DNA from: Lytechinus pictus
Taxonomy: Eukaryota
Length of the DNA stretch: 64,000 nucleotides
Reading direction: 5' to 3'
NCBI RefSeq assembly: GCF_037042905.1
Contig: NC_087251.1
Span: forward strand, 14,200,001-14,264,000
Of the stretch, positions 62,221-64,000 are shown piece by piece (positions within the stretch are counted from its first letter, which is position 1; each line of letters opens with the position of its first letter). The notes beneath the pieces are model-generated. The model was not told the origin of the DNA. It worked only from the letters and a program-made list of their open reading frames with translations, and did not search any database. The translations under genes and the position numbers were made by a program.

Positions 62221-62377
62221 TTTATAGGCTACTCCCTTTTTAAATTCATTATTGATAATAAATAAAACAAAGCAATATATTCCAATCAGCTTTTGAGATT
62301 GAAAAAACAAAGATCTCAAAATCAAACCAAATCAGCAGACTGCTAGAACAAAACTAGCAATGCACAAGTTAATTTAA

Positions 62378-62961
62378 AGGAGAATGAAACTCTTGGAGCA
62401 AGTTAGCTTTTGTGAAAGCAGAAAAATCAAAGAATAAGATCAACAAAAGTTTGAGTAAAATAGGACTAGCAATAGAAGAGTTATGAGCATTTGAATGTCA
62501 AGATCACTAATGCTATGGAGATCCTCCTATTGGCAATGCGACCAAGATCTATGATGTCACAGATGAACAACTCTCCCCTTTTGGACACTGAAAATATACC
62601 CCAAAACATCTCTTTTTGCTCATTCTAATCATATGACAAACGATTCATCAATGATATAATGTTGTGAAACCTCTGTACTTGTCCTCTCATAAAGAGAACA
62701 CCTCACCTTGTGATAGACTCTATAAAAGTGAGAATATAAGTGAAATAAGTACTAAAGTAATGAGGGAGTTGTACGTGTGTGACATCACAGATCTTGGTCG
62801 CATTGCCAATGGGAGGATCTACATGGCATTAGTGATCTCAATATTCAAATGCTCATAACTTTCTTATTATTCATTCAATCTTCCTAAAACTTTCAACAAT
62901 ATGTTTCTTGGATTTTTCTCTTTGATATGGATTCAGCTGGTTTCAAGGGTTTCATTCTCCT
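62378..62961. mobile_element. Kolobok-like palindromic MITE, TTAA TSD
   Basis: TTAA|AGGAGAATGAAAC ... GTTTCATTCTCCT|TTAA; long internal inverted arms. Confidence 0.88.
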
Positions 62962-63459
62962 TTAAGATTAATTCATGAACTGGTCGATAATTAGGCCTAA
63001 CTTTTGAACTGTATTTATTATGCACTGCAAATTCAGATTCTCATCCCATCAGCTACAATTGTTTTTAATTTAAATGTTTGCGCAAGAATTTGAAAACTAG
63101 CACTAGATACTAACTGTAGTTTTAAAACGAGGCATCACACGTATATCACATCTGTAATCCATTCATGACATTGGATTCTAAAGGTAAGCCAAATGATATA
63201 AGGTCAGGGGTTAATCTGTATTACCGTATGTGGTAGTCTGCAACCACCTTGCCTGTGATGAGTCTATGCAACACAAAATATTATTGTGTCTCAATTGTCT
63301 CGCATGAATAGCTTTTTAGCTGAAGTGGGGCGATATTTGTACAGTATGCATTTGATCATGATGTGACATTCAGCTTTGAGATCACAGAGCTGAGAGGACC
63401 CTCCATGGTAACTTGATGAGCTACATGTAGGTTCGGCTCAAGATCCTGAACCCGGTTAA

Positions 63460-63947
63460 AGGGGAAGTTCACCCTGACAAAACCTTATTGTAAAAATATC
63501 AGAAAAAATAATATATTATATTTTATATATTATAAAATTTTATAAAAAAGTTCTAAGAATTTTAATTATTTGATTTGTGACGTCATATGCAAGCAGCTTT
63601 CCTACATAGCGTATGGTAAAAAAAAATCAATGAAAAATCTTTTCAGAAAATTGAAAATGGTTTCAACTTTACCTTCAGTATATCAATAGGCAAATCATTT
63701 CACAACCAATCATAAAAAGAAAAAAAAAAAAAGGCATAATTCAGGAACGATTCAAAGATTGAAATTTATGCATTTTATATTACATAGCATGTGGGGCAGC
63801 AGCTCGTTTATGACGTCACAAATCCAAATTTTAAATTCTAACAACTTTCTAAATCTTTAATGGATTTTCTTCAAACCTTCACCAATATTTTTCATCATTT
63901 CTTCTGCTATTTTTACTACAAACTTTTCTTCAGGGTAAACTTCCCCT
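63460..63947. mobile_element. Kolobok-like palindromic MITE, TTAA TSD
   Basis: TTAA|AGGGGAAGTTCACCCTGA ... TCAGGGTAAACTTCCCCT|TTAA; internal inverted GATTTGTGACGTCATA. Confidence 0.88.
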
Positions 63948-64000
63948 TTAAGACTAATCGAGGAAATTGGTATGAAGGAACGTTGACGTCACTCATCCAT

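Overview
AT-rich, intron-containing eukaryotic genomic DNA. The repeat landscape suggests an echinoderm, probably a sea urchin (inference). Three host genes can be reconstructed by hand. (1) The first four coding exons of a high-affinity choline transporter (SLC5A7/CHT1-like), minus strand, 3416->572, running off the left edge. (2) A complete 12-coding-exon organic anion transporting polypeptide (SLCO/OATP), minus strand, 48129->20266, 2250 nt = 749 aa, with one GC-AG intron and an in-frame uORF. (3) The first coding exon of POMT2, plus strand, 57643-57980; exon 2 was not found in the window. Most of the remainder is transposon-derived and often nested: L2/CR1-group LINE remnants, tRNA-derived SINEs, Helentron-type non-autonomous elements (HINE/Tsp-like) carrying 154-163-bp tandem arrays rich in nuclear-receptor half-sites, hAT-like elements with 8-bp or 5-bp TSDs, Kolobok-like TTAA MITEs, Tc1/pogo-like TA MITEs, CACT- and Harbinger-like MITEs, and foldback minisatellite elements. 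No CRISPR array, rRNA, tRNA gene or intact transposase was found. I cannot demonstrate a new biological system. The best leads are the DR1/IR1 arrays in the SLCO intron, two LINE insertions at the same point of the HINE repeat unit, a covarying LINE 3' stem-loop, a P-element-like footprint, and excess TAGGCCTA palindromes.
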